Position numbers and translations under genes: made by a program
The notes under the pieces: generated by a model
The model's database searches: none
Told to the model about the DNA's origin: nothing
Seen by the model: only the letters and a program-made list of their open reading frames with translations
DNA from: Macrostomum hystrix
Taxonomy: Eukaryota; Animalia; Platyhelminthes
Direction: 5' to 3'
Assembly (NCBI GenBank): GCA_950097015.1
Contig: CATNEN010000001.1
Coordinates: forward strand, 5,704,001-5,768,000
DNA length: 64,000 nt
In this document: piece after piece, positions 1-11,351 of the stretch
How positions within the stretch are numbered: position 1 is the first letter of the stretch
How the letters are laid out: every line of letters starts with the position of its first letter

Positions 1-330
1 TCATTGGGAATCTGATAAATGGGAATCTGATCATTGGGAATCTGACAAATTGGGAACCTGATAAATGGGAATCTGATAAATGGGAACCTGATCATTGGGA
101 ATCTGACAAATTGGGAACCTGATAAATGGGAATCTGATCATTGGGAATCTGATAAATGGGAATCTGATCATTGGGAATCTGACAAATTGGGAACCTGATA
201 AATGGGAATCTGATCATTGGGAATCTGACAAATTGGGAACCTGATAAATGGGAATCTGATCATTGGGAATCTGACAAATTGGGAACCTGATAAGTGGGAA
301 TCTGATAAATCGATCGGCCTGATAAATGGA
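1..330. repeat. Minisatellite of 15-16 bp units with core TGGGAA(T/C)CTGA, running off the window start
   Basis: Repeated variants TCATTGGGAATCTGA / CAAATTGGGAACCTGA / TAAATGGGAATCTGA, often in that order as a ~46 bp higher-order unit. Confidence 0.95.
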
Positions 331-1349
331 ATCAACAGGAATCTGATGTGAGCATGGTGGGAATCATAGTAGCTGGAATAACAGATCAGAAATAATAATA
401 ATAAAAGTAACAGGAGGCATTGTAGTCTGAGATTGTGAGTGACAAGTAAAAAAAATTCAGAAATTTTTAGTGTCAAAAATTGCAATGTCTATAAGAGATT
501 ATTTCGCCGTCTTATTTTCTAATAGTTTCAATTTGTTAAAAAGGCCGATCGCTTTAATTTGATTCGAGGAAGCGTGACATGGCAGATGGATATATTTTGA
601 AATTTGATTTTAATGCTCATTTAACAAGCTCAATGTAAAGAAAATCAATTTTCTATTCTTCAGCTTACGACACTTAATCAGAGGAATTTTCAACGGGGGA
701 ATTTTCAGCCTGCTATGGTATGGCCCTGCGAAATCAACTCCGTGCCGAGATAGTGGCAGTAAAACAAAATGCGCGTTTTCGCATCTCCAATTTTCTCGCT
801 ATCTAAGTCTCAAGCTGCGTCACTTGCTCACTGTTGGAATTTTAATGCAGCGTTCAACAGAGAAAGAGAGAGTAGGTGAATGCAGATGCGAAATTAAGAT
901 AGGATTTGACGATTTTTCAATCAGTTTTTTACCCTCGCCTTTTCTCTTTGTTGTCCCTATTGTTGTAGCTAGGCTGCCTAACTGCCTCCTCAAAAATTCC
1001 CAACGACACACTAGCAGCAGCTGCGCCTTGCCCTTGGCAACCGGACTGAGCGCAGAATCGCAGCGTTTTGTTGCTGGTGACAACAAACAGAAGGCGATAA
1101 TGGTGGGGGGTTGGAGGTGGGGCGTTGGGGTAGCCATCGCGAATCTGAGATTTAATAGAAAAACGGCGTCGTGCGCTAAACGCCTTCGAGGGACAGACAG
1201 TTAAGAACATCGACAGTTCTTTTTCGGATTCCAGTAAGTGTCTCAATTCATTGTTGCGTTTTATTAACCGACACACACATGGTCTCTGGTTAAACAATTA
1301 GTTAGTTAATTAGTGCTAGTGTAGTCAATGCAACACTGGGTTGTTATTG

Positions 1350-1505
1350 GAGCATTGTGGGTAGAGCGTTGGACTCACAACTTGAAGGTCGGGGGTTCCA
1401 TTCCCGACTCCACTCGAACAATTTGTGTCCTTTAGCATGACACTTAAACTCTGCATTGCTCAGTTCACCCAGCTGTTAAATGGGTACCAGCATTAGCTGG
1501 GAAGT
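1350..1505 (+). mobile_element. tRNA-derived SINE, family A (CORE-SINE-like)
   Basis: Degenerate pol III A/B boxes (GGTTCCATTCC), then GTGTCCTTTAGCATGACACTTAAACTCTGC...CAGCTGTTAAATGGG resembling the MIR/CORE domain. Matches the copy at 63.8-64 kb in reverse. Confidence 0.8.
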
Positions 1506-1527
1506 GTCCGACCGACAATTGCATTCG

Positions 1528-3426
1528 TTATTTCTTGTCCGTGAAGAGTTGTGTCAATAGATGCCTTTGAGCAATGAAGGCTTGCAGAAAGTCGTTGATA
1601 GTCCATCCTGGCTTGATCTCGTCTAATTTGATGTCGCCAAAGGGTCGAAGGTTTTTTCTGTTGAATTTGACTCTGAGATCTTCCACATCGTACAGTTCGT
1701 CTAGGATAACTTGCGTTGTCGTGACATTGCTGAGCTTGCCTGCATTGTCTACTCTGTAGAGTTCATCATTTAAGGTGACGTAACTCGCTGCATCGGTGCA
1801 CGGTCTCGGAATTGCCGTTGACACAACGACATTGTTGACGATGTCTAGGAATCCTGTTATCTTCGTTCCTGCGAAATATGCTTCAATTCTGGGTTTATCG
1901 AAGCACGTTTCCGAATGGTTGGACGCTGACAGTGTGTAGTGCTCAATTGGGATGCACTTGTATATCAGCAGGTGTCCGTAGCCTGGGACTGCCAGAACAT
2001 TTTGGATTCCTCTAATCTTCGAAATGTCAATGTCGGATTGGCATAGTAGCTTTGCCTGGCGTAGTTGAGGCTGGTCTCATGCATTCGACATGTGAGCTTA
2101 ACCTTGTTCTTGTGTAGATGATTAAGCTCCTGATGCATTTGTGCTCCATTACAGCCATTTTTGCGGCTATTAGGCGTGCTGAAAGCATGTCTGGTCTTCC
2201 GATTTCTTGTTCTGTTGCCCTTCGCTGTCGTGTTTGAGTCTGGAAGGTGCCGTCGATTATCAGGTAAAATTCTTGGTCTGTTCTACTCGTCGGTTGTATG
2301 GGGATTCCTTGTTCCGACATGATGAGGTCCTTATTTGTATTCTTGCATCTAAGATTTAGTTTCTCTGGTCTTTTAGGAAAGGTAAGTGCTAGGTCACCTG
2401 TCTTTTCCATGAAGGTGTTTGAGTACAGATCTCCACATATCGTGATCGTGTGGTATTTGATGAACTTACAGTCCACCTGTGGTTGTACTTTCCAGACTAG
2501 GTTGTACTGGCGTTCCTTTTCTATTTCCTCGTATCTTGGGTCAGCTCGGTGTTCCACTTGGTGTCTGTAGCTCTTGTGGTATGTCGGTGTTAGCGGTAGT
2601 CGGCCAATTCTGGATCGGGAAATCTCGTTCATGTACCTTGGTGTTGAGCAGAAGCCTTCGCTTTACCTACAGTTGTCTAGTGGTAACTGTAACGATGTCA
2701 TTTTCTCAAATGGATTTTGGTAGAATGGTACATTTCTGATTAGGTAGAGCTGTTGCTGGTGACGTACTTGGGTTGTGTGGTTGAGTGTAGATGCACATAT
2801 GGTCCCCACACGTTGTTGTGTGTCTGATAAAGCTGTGATCCTCCAATGTTAATGTCTTGGTGTAGTTCTCCGTCTCTTGAAAAGAGTGTTTGATTCCATT
2901 GTACGCACTCTTCGTGAGTGACGGATTCTGCTCGTTGCCAGAGTCGTATGCGGTTCCATTGCATGTACCAGATCTTGTCTGTTTCCTCTCGATCCCGGAA
3001 GCAGACAATGCCTAGTTGTCGGTGCTGCTTGATGTTGGCTTTGTACATCTCGATCGTGACTGGCAGCGGGTTGGTTTGGTTCGTCTTGAAGTAGTTGCAT
3101 TTGATCTCGCTGGGCAGTTTGTAGATTGTTGGCGTGACTTTCGAGTCCTGAGGGCAAATTAGTGGTAGTTGCGAAGCTGTTGTCGCTGTTGCTACTAGCA
3201 GTATCGTGATGAAGAAGATCCATGTTGTTGGATACTTCTTATTCGCTCTCGTCCTTATTGGCCCTGGCACTTGGTCTTGCGCCGTGGTTGGCTCCTTGTC
3301 CTGTGTAATGGGGCTTTCTTCTTCTGCGCAGAAACACTCCCGCCACCCCATTATTTGGAGAGGGGTGTGATCCGCCACTTCCAGTGCTGCTTCATGTGCT
3401 GTTATAGATAGATCCGCGGGGCGCAC
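1528..3426 (-). pseudogene. env: Frameshifted envelope glycoprotein, class III fusogen type (herpes gB/chuvirus-like), of a Gypsy element; C-terminal TM not seen
   Basis: Signal-like WIFFITILLVATATTA, then a Cys-spaced ectodomain (LICPQ..IKC..IVC..EECVQW) in pieces 2740-3426, 2027-2632 and ~1528-2020. Across frameshifts it reads NPTLTFRRL/RGIQNVLAVPGYGHLLIYKCIPI...TCFDKP...GFLD...C, recalling the gB NPxxI..V.A...GD...V..C.PV helix. Confidence 0.7.
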
Positions 3427-6400
3427 GGTGTCGAATTTCTCCGCAGTGTACCAGCCTGTGTCCTCTAATTTTCGCTCTTTTTGGTTTATTTGCTTTCACA
3501 TTTGAAGCATGTGGATCGTGAAATCTGGAACTAACTGTTCCAAATTTATTTCCTTTTGGCTCGATTCGTTGATGTCAATGGCATTTGGCATATTTTCGAA
3601 CTTGTGTTGGCTGCTTGGGGCTGTTTCCTGCCATGATCTGCAGTTGTCTTGATCCTCTGTTGTTCGGTTCGTTGTTCCGCCTTTGTTGTTCTCTTCCTTG
3701 TCCTCCTGGTTGCCATCGGTCTCGGTAGTCTTCTCGTCGATAGTACATTCCTCGCTCTTGTCGAGGTCCCCATTGCTCCTGTTGTCGTTCTCGTCCGTAG
3801 TTTTTCTGCCGATCGTTCATCGGTCGCATTGGTCCTTGTTGTCTCCTCCATGGTCCCTGTAGTTGCTTCTGCCTACATTCTGCTGCTATGTGACCCTGCC
3901 TATTGCAGTAAAAGCATGTAATATTTCTCCTAAGTCTTTCTGCTTGAATCATGTTTGTCTGGTGTATCATGGGTTCACTAGCTTCCCACAGCATGCCTAT
4001 GCGGATGAGCTGTAATTCCTCTCTATCAATATTTTCTCTCAGGAGTCGTTCCCCTAGCGCTGGTTGGGCATTGTTGATGACTTGACTTACTTGACTTAGC
4101 TGCAGGGTGCTCCTCGAACCGGCGGACGCAGCGAGGAGGCGAAGGGGACCGCCCATTCCGCTAACCCCTGGCAAACCAGACGACCTCAGGAGAGGTGGTG
4201 TTGCTCAGGGTGGCCCGTCGGACTCGCCTGCAGCGTGGTCCTCCACACTGTCGGTGGGAAGACGTTGGCTCGCCTAGTATCCCGAAGGTACCGGGCAAGC
4301 TGAGGGATGCTCTCGGGCCTGCAAACTCTCGGGAGAGAGTTGGGTTAGGCCCAAGGTGTTCAAGCCTTGCCCTGGTGAAAACTGGGCAGTGGCAGATAAA
4401 GTGCTCGGCATTATGGCTGCCCGAGCTACAAAAGGTACATTTGTCCTCCAGGAGCTGGCCCTGGAGATAGGGATGCCAAAAAAACAGCCATGTCCTGAGA
4501 GGGCCATACTGAATGCGCGGAGATCTCTGCGGTTCAGCCTTAAGAGGGCTTTGCGCAGGCGGTGAGACGGACATGGGACCGCTGCCCTGGACTGCTTGCA
4601 GTTCTGGGTCTTGATCCATCTGTCCAGGTGCTGTGCCTCCATCCAGCGCTTCAGCTTGAGGTTGGTCACAGTGACGGGGATAGGAGCGCCAGGCTCTGGC
4701 CCCGCCAGGGTGCTGGCTGCTCCAGCTTTTGCGAGCTGGTCCGCCATCTCATTCCCTCGGAAGCCAGCGTGACCTGGGACTATTTGACCTCGTTGGCCCG
4801 CGCCAGCCCGTTGAGCTGGGTGTTGCAGTCCAAGGTGGTCTTAGAGCACCACCTTGCTGCGGTCGAGGGCCCGGAGGGCGGCTTGAATGTCGGAGTGGAA
4901 AATGATCTTCCGGTCAGTGACTGGCGCAACTCTGCTGCACATGAACTGGTGGCGAGCATCTCGTTCTGAAAAACGCTGGAGTTTTTCCCAGTGTGCTGGG
5001 AGTGAGTCCAGGCGACCTCTCCTCCCTTGTAGATACAGGCTCCGAATCCCGAGATTCCCTTCATCAGGGAGCCGTCGGTATAACAGTGGATTTCAGGGTC
5101 GGTCCAGCTGTCGTTTGCCTCCTGGCGAGGCTGAATTTCGACCTTGTACCTGTGGCTCAGGATCAGAGTGGCGGGTATTGCATCGGAGAGGATGTGGAGC
5201 CCTTCGCACTCGCCCAGAATCTTGAGGCACAGATCGGAGTGGGGAGTGAAAGAGCGCTTTTTGAAGGCTCTCGAGTAATTGAAAGTCACGCCGGCATCCA
5301 TAAGGCGCCTGGTGCTCTTCGCGGCCTCTCCCTTGACGAAGATGTCCAAAGGAGTGGCTCCCAGGAAGGCGTTCATGTCTTCGAAGGGAGTGGAGGGTGA
5401 GGCGCCTATGGTCATGCGACAGGCTCTGCCCTGCACCCTCTAGGCGCTAGCCCAGACGAGGCTGGCGTACCAGATCGAAGGTCTGATGATAGTTGTGTAG
5501 ATCCACCAGAGCTTCTGGGGGGTGAGGCCCCAAGTGGTGCCAACGGCTCGCCTGACTTGCGCCAGTATCGCCAAGGCCTTCTTGGTTTTGAAACGGAGGT
5601 AGTGACTCCAGTTTAGCCTATGGTTCAAGAAAGGCAACGTGTTTGCTTGCTCATGGCGATGTCCTTGCCGTAGAGAGTGAGGGGTTTCATGGTCCAACGC
5701 AGCTTGCTGGTAAGCATGATCGCCACGGTCTTGGACTCGGAGAGTCTGAGCCTGCAGCGGGTCACCCAGCTTTCAGCTCTGTTGATGAAACCCTCGATGA
5801 GGTTCCTAGTGGTGTCCGCTGAAGGTCCCGCGCAGGTGGCGGTCACATCGTCAGCGTATCCCACTTTTTAGACCGGATCTGGCTGAGCATCCTCAAGCAG
5901 CTCATCCATGACAAGATTCCAAAGGAGAGGAGTAAGAACCCCGCCCTGCGGCCCCCTTTTTGGACTGGCGCTGAAAGCGAGTGCCCATTGAGGTTGGCCA
6001 CCACAGAGCGGTGCTGGATCATGTACATGTACTCGGTCGGCTGGGCCTCCTTCGGCCTAGGCCGGGAGTTCGACGCGTCGGTGGCGTCCACGGCCCGTAG
6101 CTTGGCCTTGAGGCGTCTGCGGCGGGCTGCTCCGGACGTGCTGCTCAGCTTGGCGTTAGGCGGCTCGTTGGGCCCGACGCTGGGGTGGGGCAGGTCCGGT
6201 GTGGCTTGGTCCTGCGGTGGTCGTGATGTTGACCGGAGAGGGCCCTTCGCGAGGCGTGGGTACCTCCTCGACCTCCATCTGATTCTTTAAATTTTGAGAA
6301 GCCATAACTCTCCGAAAATCGCTGGAATGCAAAACAAAGAAGAATAAAGGACTGCTAATGGCCGGTTTGCTCCCCGGACCTCCTAGCCCCTCGGCGCGGT

Positions 6401-6443
6401 GAGACCTTAGGCATTGTAGAGCACAAAAAGGCAGTGCCGGGCC

Positions 6444-6716
6444 CGCAGACTGGCTGCGTACCCTGTGATACCTTTGAGGTCGAAGGGTGACACCTTTACC
6501 TCAGAGCTGTGGCCAGAGGCACTTGATGGCGCACAGGTACGCGATGTTGCGGACTGACCCGCATACCCTGTTAAGGTCAAAGGGTGGCACCTTGCCCTCA
6601 GAGCCGTAGCCAGAGGTACCTGATCACGCACAGGTGGGCAAACGCTGCGGACTGGCCGCATACCCTGTTAAGGTCAAAGGGTGACACCTTTCCCTCCAGC
6701 CAGGGCTAGAGGTACC
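6444..6716 (-). repeat. Three ~96-97 nt structured tandem repeats in the LINE 5' UTR
   Basis: Units start at 6716, 6620 and 6523. Each has CCUC..GAGG, AGGU..ACCCU..ACCU..AGGGU and a terminal hairpin. Confidence 0.85.
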
Positions 6717-6746
6717 CAGTTCGGCCACAGTCATCCAGCGCTGTTG

Positions 6747-6972
6747 CCCATTTTGTCCGGCTGCCCTAGGGTCAGCCTTGAACACTCGCGAGACGTGTAC
6801 CCATGGGTCAGCTGACGGGAAAGCGTGGAGGGATTCATGTACCCGAAGGCACAGGGCTCCTTCCTGCAAAGCCTGCTCAAAAAACGACTGCATGTGTGAG
6901 GCATCGCAGACCTTAGCCCGTGGGCCTGGACTGACTCATACCTCACAGGCGCTGTGTCCCGCCCGTGCGAGC
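6747..6972 (-). ncRNA. HDV-like self-cleaving ribozyme at the LINE 5' end, with a long J1/2 insert
   Basis: P1 GCUCGC(6972-6967)/GCGAGU(6789-6784) with G1-U wobble; P2 CCCAU/AUGGG; P3 GGG/CUC; L3 UACACGU; P1.1 AC/GU; P4 GGCUG..CAGCC; J4/2 CAAA with C at 6755. G1 coincides with the TSD boundary. Confidence 0.75.
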
Positions 6973-8366
6973 CATTGTTGATGCATTATGAGATTTTGCT
7001 CTCTGTCCAGCATTCTAACCCTCTCTCTAGCTAGAATTTCCGCTTGGTTGGGGGCTGGGTGGTTGGGGTCAGGGGGTTGGGTCTGGTGCAGTCCCTTAAT
7101 AAGCTGCCGAATATCTTCCACATATGTCAGAAATGACTCAGTTAACAGCATTTTCCTATTGTGCAACTTATGCAGTAACACGGAACGATTTGTTCCGCAT
7201 CTATCGAATTGCTGTCTTAGCTGGACTACTAATGCTGGGTAGTTCTGCTGCGTCTGCGCGTCTAACTTGCCGTAGATCTCCCTAGCCGTTCCTTCTAGCA
7301 GGGTGGGTAATTAGCCTTTTCCTGCGGAGGCAGCTGATACTCGCGACAAAATAAGTCGAAGTGGTCCAAAAAGGTGGTAAAGCACTTCCGCAGATTAAAA
7401 GTTCCCGTAGTCTCCTTAATATCCCTATGCACTGACGGATTACGACGAGCTGCCATGTTATCAATCTGGTAGAACGGTAGGTCAAGATCTGGGTCTATGT
7501 GGAGCGCGTCTTCCAGTGTAGTTTACCTAAAGTGTGACTGTCTTCTTTTGACTGATATGCGGGCTTTTGTGTTTGTAGTAACTTGTACCTTTGTGCACTT
7601 GGTTGCTTTGTCACTTACTTTATCTTGCGGTGTGTTTCTCTCTGCTCGCTTGTTTTGTGCACTATTTCTGCGCTAGTGTTGATAGCTTTTTCCTTCGTGT
7701 GCTATTTGCACTCTGGCGTATACGTTTGTCATTTATCACTGAATTCCGAAGTTCTGATAAACAAAATACTAATTTAGCTGCTTCTACTCGTAGTTCGGTG
7801 CTTTATGAGCTTTGTAGTACTTTTACAGTAGCTTGATCAGGGCTGCTGTGCGAAAGATGACTTAGAAAGGGCGAGATCATCAATTGAAGAGTGGGTTTTC
7901 TCACAAAGGAAAACTCTACTCCTCACTTCTAGATTTTATTGAATCTAGGTAACTAGGTCCCCGTAGAAATGTACTACTTAGAAATTGCGCAATATATCTA
8001 TTAACTGAAGAGTCTGCCTACCTTTGTCTTTCCGCGAGGGAGGCTTTGGAAGTAGAGTCTGGCGCCGCTGAGCTTTCAGTACAAGTTCTTCTCGATACGG
8101 TCGACCTGGGTTGCGCTGCGAATAGCTTAATGAAGGTTGGAGTCTCAGGTAGACTCAAGTACTCAACTGGCGTATCAAAGTCCTACACTTGCAGCGGCTT
8201 ACTGCCACGCGCCGTTATACTAGATATATCTACCCGACGCGCGGTTGTTCCCCGTGAAAAACTATTTGGCCTTCGGTCTCTGAAACTAATTCGAGAGGAC
8301 CGGGTAACCTCCGAGTTCCTCCTGCAGTTCCTCGAAACTCGGGCTGACCTGATAATCCCCGCTAGC

Positions 8367-9014
8367 TGTATAGAGAGGAGGAACGCCCCTATACAGTAGA
8401 CACTTAGTAGAGCAACCCTGCTAAGTGTGCCTAAGATTAAAATGACTAACTCAACACAGAAAGGGTCTTAATATATTTATTGTCTGTAGGCCGGGACAAT
8501 AGACTTACGTGAAGTCGAAGATGTTTCTTGTAGGACTGGCATCTCTGGACACGCCGGGTGGATCCGATGATCTGAATCTCCGGGACTCCAGCGTGTGTGT
8601 ATTTATAGTCTTAGAGGAGTGGTTACATTCGTATGGTGCAATCACGTGATGGATCCATGTTGGTTCTAGTTTACCTACTGACAGATTGACGTTTTCTACT
8701 AAAGATGCGGAAGTTGGAGGGGTGGCTACTTGACAGATTAACTAAAGGTGTGATATCGTCATTGAGTCATTCTATTTCCGTCGTTCTATTTTTGATTCTT
8801 GTCAAGTACATGCGCAACAAATGGCTTTGTTGCGCATGCCTGTGTATAGCGTTGCTAAGATACCGTATCTATTGTCGTAAGCGTTTTACTGATTCGCATT
8901 GACGTTGTTCTACTTTCTACTATTGAAACGCGAGTAGTAGTGAAGTATGTATATGAATTTGCAATATGCAAAAATCGCACGAATTTAACTTTTACTGTTA
9001 GCGTTGACTCTACA
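8367..9014 (-). mobile_element. Candidate 5' LTR of the gag-env element
   Basis: Minus strand TGTAGAG...CTATACA termini, TATAAA at 8607-8602 and AATAAA at 8481-8476, upstream of gag. No canonical TGG PBS and no second LTR were found. Confidence 0.4.
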
Positions 9015-10293
9015 GAACCCCATGAAGGTAGAATCTAACTGGAAATTTAAGCTTTGAGATGCGATTCCCACCAGTTTCTACTCTTTTGCTAGTTCGCACT
9101 CTTGGTAAGTAAACATTTAGTCCTAAAGAGGGATTTTGTCCATCTCTCTATATAGACAAACTCTGTTGCTTAGTTGCCTCTCAACTGAAATTTGCAATTA
9201 CGGAACTATAACATAGCTCAGAGCCGCTACATTTCAACCTAAACCTTGCGCTTGGTTGAGTTGTCGGGTTTTCCACCGTCTCATTCTCATTTCCACCGAC
9301 GGCAGTGACTGCCCCTGAGAGGTCGACGGTCTCATTGGCCGTAATACTGCTTGTAAGAAACGTGTCCGTCGTCGAAGCGAGGGTAGCGACAGACGCAGCG
9401 AGGTCGATAGATCGAGTGATCGTGTCAGAACATCTGATATCGCTCCAATATCGGATGCGCGCCTCTTGCCGTTAGTCAAATACCTGTGGCAAGAAGGACA
9501 AAGCGAAATGCTAGTTGCATTCACTTTTGACTGCAGAAGTCAGCATACGCCATATTTTATAATATTACACTTAACACTGCACAGACTTTGCATCCTTGTG
9601 TCCGGTGACCTTACCAACCTGCTCAAGCAGAAACCCGGCCTCGTGCAGCTCAGTAACGACAGTGGGGCGCACGTTATGCGAGCATAATCCTTTGAAAGTT
9701 TCACGGCTCCGGCTATTTTCTTCATCATGCTGAAAAGAGTGTTGACGCCAACAGGCTTTGTGGTGAACTAAGTCTTGCTGCTCTTAGCCGCGGTAGGCAT
9801 GAGAAACAACGGCAGCTGGTCAGCTTTAACATTCGAGGAAGCATGAACAGATTCGGCACGCTTAACAAAGAAAATACGAATCTTTTCCAGCGGGCAGTGC
9901 TCACCGGACAATACTTGTGATGACAAGAGCACTGCACGTCAGATAATAAGCAAGTTTAACTTGCTCTTGAATTTGTATGCACATGTGACCGTGATTTCTT
10001 TGAGAAGGTCAGACTTTTAACAAATAGGTCACATTGTTAGTTTCAAACTATGAATTACAAAGTTAACAAATTTAGTAATTTTTGCTATGTTTTTATAACT
10101 TATGTATAATGTTTGTAATTTAGTTTGTAATATTGTACGTTTGTTATTGTGTAACTTATTACAATCTTACTTGACTTATCAACTCACAATACTTCGTAGA
10201 AGACAAAAACGAAGATAAAATAGGAAATTAGAAGACTTAGGTGGGCTCTGCCTTTTCCAGAAAATTACAGATGACTTTTCCAGGACTTTCCAG

Positions 10294-11351
10294 ATGACTT
10301 TTCCAGGACTTGGACGGCTCATGATGTCGCTACTATTACTGCTGCTGATGGCAATGTCTCTATCATGCGGCCTGAAAGTTCAATTTCAGTACATCGGCTG
10401 CTTTACTGACTTCGTTGGAGGGGTTCGAGATATGGATGGCCTACTTGGCGTCACGCAGTACGGCAAATTCGTCAAGGTCGCAAATGAAACTAACATCATG
10501 GACTCTCTTCTGACCTGGGAGTCGTGCAGCAGTATCTGTTCCATCGGCGGCTTCGCCTTCATGGGACTGCAGGCTGGAGTCGGATGCTACTGCGATAACA
10601 AGTACGGAACCCAAGGCCCGTTTGCCGGCTGCTTTTCTCTATGCGCCGGTGATTCGACAAAGTACTGCGGCGGGAACAGCAGAAACTCCGTGTTCGACCT
10701 GACCTACCTGGGTAAGGGAGTCCCTTTACCTTTCTCACATTCCACATATACGAGTATTTCACATTTTTAGGACAATAGTATATTTTCATAGTGTATGATT
10801 TGTGTCTGGAATGATCATATTAATACGTTACACCAGCTCAAATTAGGCTATATTTCACAGTCGCAGCTATCGTGCAGTGCATATGAAAGCTTGGTATGAG
10901 CTCAGTCCATGGACTTATGGGAAGAACACCCACCCTTAATTACCCCAGCTGATGTTGTTACCGATTTAGCAGGTGGGTAAACTAAAGCAATGCAGAGTTA
11001 AGTGTCTTCGGGGGAGTCGAGAATCGAACCCCTGACCTTTACGTCGTAAGTCCGAGTCGTGAGTCTGTGACTAACTGAACATTTTTCCCTGTAGATGACT
11101 TAAAACCGACCAGCCGGTTCGTGCAGTCGAGCCGCAGCGTGATCGAGCCGGCCAGTGTGGCAGTGAGGCTGGCCGGTCCGCTCTACCGAACAGTCGCCGC
11201 CCGCAGCCGAATCGTGTGCAGCAGCCTGTGCAGAGCTGGTTGCCAGGCTGTGCTGTTCGATCCGCAGCAGCGGCTGTGTCACCTGCTGCGTCTGACGGTC
11301 ATCGCTGGAGACCTCCTCGCTGAACAGGGCCTGTTCTTCGTTCGCTCGTAG
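10294..11351 (+). CDS. Secreted WSC-domain + PAN/apple-like protein, copy 1
   Basis: Exons 10294-10711 and 11095-11351 with a phase-1 GT-AG intron. Signal peptide, WSC motifs (YIGCFTD, C..IC...GFAFMGLQAG..CYC, C.GD....CGG) and PAN-like CSSLC..GCQAVLFD....CHL. Confidence 0.85.
10925..11075 (-). mobile_element. SINE family A remnant in the WSC-PAN intron
   Basis: Aligns to the 63.8 kb copy (AATTACCCCAGCTGATG...GCAATGCAGAGTTAAGTGTCTT...GAATCGAACCC). The paralogous copy is at ~26150-26325 and a deleted version is at ~21260-21380. Confidence 0.7.

Larger units (their letters stand above)
4080..6972 (-). mobile_element. Internally deleted, decayed Loa/I-group LINE nested in gag
   Basis: 11 bp TSD CATTGTTGATG at 4069-4079 and 6973-6983. 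Contains a 5' UTR, ORF1 start (ATG 6278), the RT C-half (QGGVLTPLLWNLVMD, GYADD), RNase H (CYTDGS, NEMAD), a C-terminal CxxC..H...C and a (TAAGTCAAG)n tail. Confidence 0.9.
3575..7456 (-). pseudogene. gag: Ty3/Gypsy gag (capsid + CCHC nucleocapsid), frameshifted and split by a LINE insertion
   Basis: From ATG 7456: FTTFLDHFDLFC..EKANY/LLEGTAREIYGKL..NYPALVVQLRQQF..LHNRKMLLTESFLTYVEDIRQL, a retrotransposon capsid pattern. It resumes below 4079 and contains the zinc knuckle CFYCNRQGHIAAEC. Confidence 0.85.

Noticed and set aside
168-485. 105 aa ORF
   Set aside because: Largely a translation of the minisatellite.
9230-9940. Coding-like GC-rich blocks on the minus strand
   Set aside because: No recognisable motif or consistent exon chain; left unannotated.
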